Source: Nemertoderma westbladi
Lineage: Eukaryota; Animalia; Xenacoelomorpha
DNA length: 64,000 nt
Assembly (NCBI GenBank): GCA_032718475.1
Contig: JAUCBJ010006790.1
Span: forward strand, 672 to 64,671
Direction of reading: 5' to 3'
Shown here: positions 60,870-64,000 of the stretch, one piece after another
Layout: each line of letters starts with the position of its first letter
How positions within the stretch are numbered: position 1 is the stretch's first letter
Translations under genes and position numbers: made by a program
The notes under the pieces: generated by a model
The model's database searches: none
What the model was told of the DNA's origin: nothing
Seen by the model: the letters and a program-made list of their open reading frames with translations, nothing else

Positions 60870-61845
60870 GTATCACCAGCCCATAGTGGAGGACTTCAAA
60901 CAACATTGGAAAGAGTGACTAGCGGAGAATGTTCGAGTGTTAAAGATCACCGTTCGAGAGGATGTCGATAGGAAGAACTTGCACGCCCTGAAACTTTCCG
61001 GAGCTAGTACAAGCCTGAAAAGGATTCGGAAAGTAACGGAGGTGGATGGGCAGTGCTCATTCTGGGAGGCCTTCAAAGGAGCCGATGAGGAGACAAGCTG
61101 CATTATCTACGACAACAAGGGGAAGTCAACTGCGGTTTCGAAGGAAGTCGAACTTAGGCGCTGCAGGAGTTCGTCAACAGTCACCCAAAGTTACTCAACT
61201 ACTACACGGCGACCTTCGATAGTCGGAGGTATTGTGTTCCACGCGGGTAGAACATATAAAGTCTATGGAAGCCTACCAGGTGGAGTACAACTCACAGAAC
61301 ACCAAAGAACATCAAAGGTTGTAATCTTCGGCAACCTCGTGGGTTTAGTTTTAATCTGCCAAATTCCTCCACAATCCGAAGATAAACTGGTCGGAGCGTT
61401 ATGGATCATACCCTCCGATATAAGAAACCGAATACTGCACGATGGGATCATCAAGATCGGCTCAGATATTAAGAGCAACCTACATAGCAACTTTATCGGT
61501 GCTCTGAAAGATCGTAAACGGAAACTGGATGTCACCTTCCTAAAAAAATTCGTCGATACGCAAGTGTTGCTCGCCTGGATGAGACACGGTAACTGATGCA
61601 ACAGTTCCGAGGCATTATGAAAAATAAGACTAGCTTAGGGTATCTAGCTGTACTGAATGGCGGTATTGATTTCAAACCCTACCAGTTCCAGGAATACCTC
61701 TAATAATCTATCTCAGCCATGATGACCTATTCGTTTCATCCAAGAAAGACCCGCGTTGGTGCGATGCAGAGTGGGACTGGTCAATGTACTACCAATGGGA
61801 AAACCCCAGCGAACGACACTACATATATGTCACTATGGAGTCGTT
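60870..61845 (+). pseudogene. decayed homologue of the ORF3 exonuclease domain
   Basis: IYDNKG, KIGSDIKSN, FVDTQVLLAW, KTSLGYLA..DFK and YIYVTMES align with FYDNEG, KVGSGVQSD, FVDTKLLLLW, KTGMGFIA..DFK and YYLVLES of ORF3. Stops and frameshifts are present. Confidence 0.75.
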
Positions 61846-62901
61846 CACTGTCAGGACCCATGTCGGATGAGGAGGTAATGGTGGAGATAGAGTTACTTGG
61901 TGAGCCTGCAGTGGATCCATTCGAGGTACCATCGGCTAAGCGAATATTCATCTTCGAGGGGAACACCGACGACTGATTTCATAGCCCGGCGAGATCCACC
62001 GACGACGCACAAACGCTTGATGTGTTCAAATGGCAATGTAAGACAATGTCGCCATGCCGGCTACCGGAAGGAATGGGAATGGGAATGGGCAATGCCTAGT
62101 ACGAGCCATCAGGATATAGAACCGATGATGGTCCACGAGGGGCCTTTCCTACCACCGGCCCCCGAGGATATACTCGGCGTTTCTCGGATGGTTTACCAAG
62201 GGTAAACATTGGATTAAAAAGGCCATTGCCAGAACCCGTAACTGCCGAGGTGCCGCGCGACCCAATGAGACTTACATATTGGTATTTAGAACAAGCCAAA
62301 TGGATACAGAGACAAATCGGTTTGATCCATATCGATTATGGAATGACCGACCTTATAACCTTATAATCTTATAATATGACTTCATAACCTTATTGAATTA
62401 ATTATTATTATTAACTATTAAAACCTTATTTTATTAACTAAACAAACAAACTAGCTTTTATAATCATAACAATATCTCACTTGATCATAATACATGAATT
62501 ATATTTCACACATTGTCACACCTACCTTAAGATAGTGCTTCAATGTCTAGCTCACATTTCTATTAAGTTCTAGAACAATGTCAGTGAATCTACCTTTGAC
62601 TAAAAATAAATGTAAAATTAAACGTTGGATATATGCTAGATACTGTTTACAGTTAATAAGTTTGTGAAAAATTTTAAGTTAATATTTTTTTCTGTAGCGT
62701 GATGTTTGGTTTTTAACATATATACTGTAAGTTTATTATTTTTTACTAAAAAAATAGATGATTACAGCAGTCTCGCATTTACTGAAGAAATTTCATAAGC
62801 CAAAAAAAATTCATTCTTCTTGAAAAGCCATTCATCTTGCCCTCCAATCAATCCCAAGGAGAGAAGCATAGCTGTTCGAAACTGGGTGGTTAAGAACATG
62901 T

Positions 62902-63912
62902 ATGAAAGATGTTCGAATTACACAACCAGTATACACTTCTCAATCTGCTTCCCAAAAGAAGGGAACGGAACATCATAACACTAGAAAGGCTAGCAAGATT
63001 AACCAATGCAATCATCGTCGCACCAATTCATTAGATAACCTTCCCTGCACAAAGCCTGTTGCTATTGAAATCGGCTGTGACAGTGAAGCACATAATAATA
63101 TTAGGCTCAGGCAGCAGTTTATTTATCAAGAACCAAATCCGAGGAATCCCACTATGAATTCCCCGAAGACACAACCAAAGGAAACATCAACAGAGGCAAT
63201 GAATATGACTCTGACAAAACTCAGCAAAGCTATGACATCATATGAATTCATTGAAACAGCCAGGGCGGAGAGCATCATGCAAAATCCAAAAGAAATTTTT
63301 GCTAGGTCCCTAGTGCCACTTGGCTTAGAAAAAGTCCACAACTTCTACAACTGACATATCTAGAAGTCCACAACTTCTACAACTGACATATCTTCACCAT
63401 CAGAGACTGATGAGTATATAACAGTAGATAATATATCAGACAATTCAAATGAAACTGAAATGGATCCTACTTACTCATACAGCATAAAGGAAAAGAAAGG
63501 TGAATCCCTGCAAGGAAGTCAGGTACCAACAAACATAAGAAAAGACTCTGTAATAATCACAAACCCATCAGTGAAATGTCCCTCTACTCTAGAACAAGTC
63601 CTCAAAAACAATGACACCTGGCAAGAACCAAAAAGACCTGCCAAACCAACCTTCAAATCAAAGATCCAGATGCAGCACAACATTAAGACTGAAAACAAAT
63701 ATAGTGAACTAGATAATGATACCAAAATTACCATACTTCTACAACAACAGACTGATTTCTTGGCGAATCTAAATAATGTTTCCAAAGAAACTGTCAATCT
63801 AAGAAAATCACAAGGTAGTAGCAAGAATGAACACAACAACTTTAAGCAACATCAAACGAGATACGAACAAGAAACCCAACGAAGCACCCCTTCCAACAAA
63901 CGGAAGCAGTAG
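62902..63912 (+). pseudogene. possible LINE ORF1-like remnant
   Basis: Low-complexity N/Q/K/S/T-rich ORFs with IKTENKYSEL (like the xxNRFxxL ORF1 motif). The frame is broken by a ~31-bp tandem duplication at ~63330-63392. Confidence 0.3.
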
Positions 63913-64000
63913 AAGCAGCACAGATATGAAGCGGAATAATAAAGGGTTTGATCTACACTACAAAACCTCTAGGGATTCATACTGACACAATAACATTCAA

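Overview
Animal-type (eukaryotic, AT-rich) transposon-dense region with no recognisable host gene. Positions 1-16 kb hold decayed L2/CR1 and RTE LINE fragments, minisatellites, a TA-flanked MITE and a Helentron/HINE-like element. From 16 kb to 62 kb there is a nested stack of BEL/Pao LTR retrotransposons. A decayed host element H (+) is split by element A (-; 17707-43408, TSD GTAAT). The interior of A is occupied by a near-intact element B (+), which itself contains a Crypton tyrosine-recombinase transposon. Further right, a TIR DNA element (45775-60798) contains element C (-; 46595-59812, TSD GTATT). Three signals stand out. (1) A 4 x ~341-bp array inserted in the gag of C, in which a type I hammerhead ribozyme occupies the anticodon arm of a tRNA-like Pol III unit. 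(2) An accessory 1146-aa ORF3 in B with a DEDDy-like 3'-5' exonuclease and three CCHC knuckles, with diverged homologues in C and at 60.9-61.9 kb. (3) A 16-nt palindromic hairpin motif repeated 7 times along B regardless of reading frame. All assignments come from reading motifs by eye; no searches were run.
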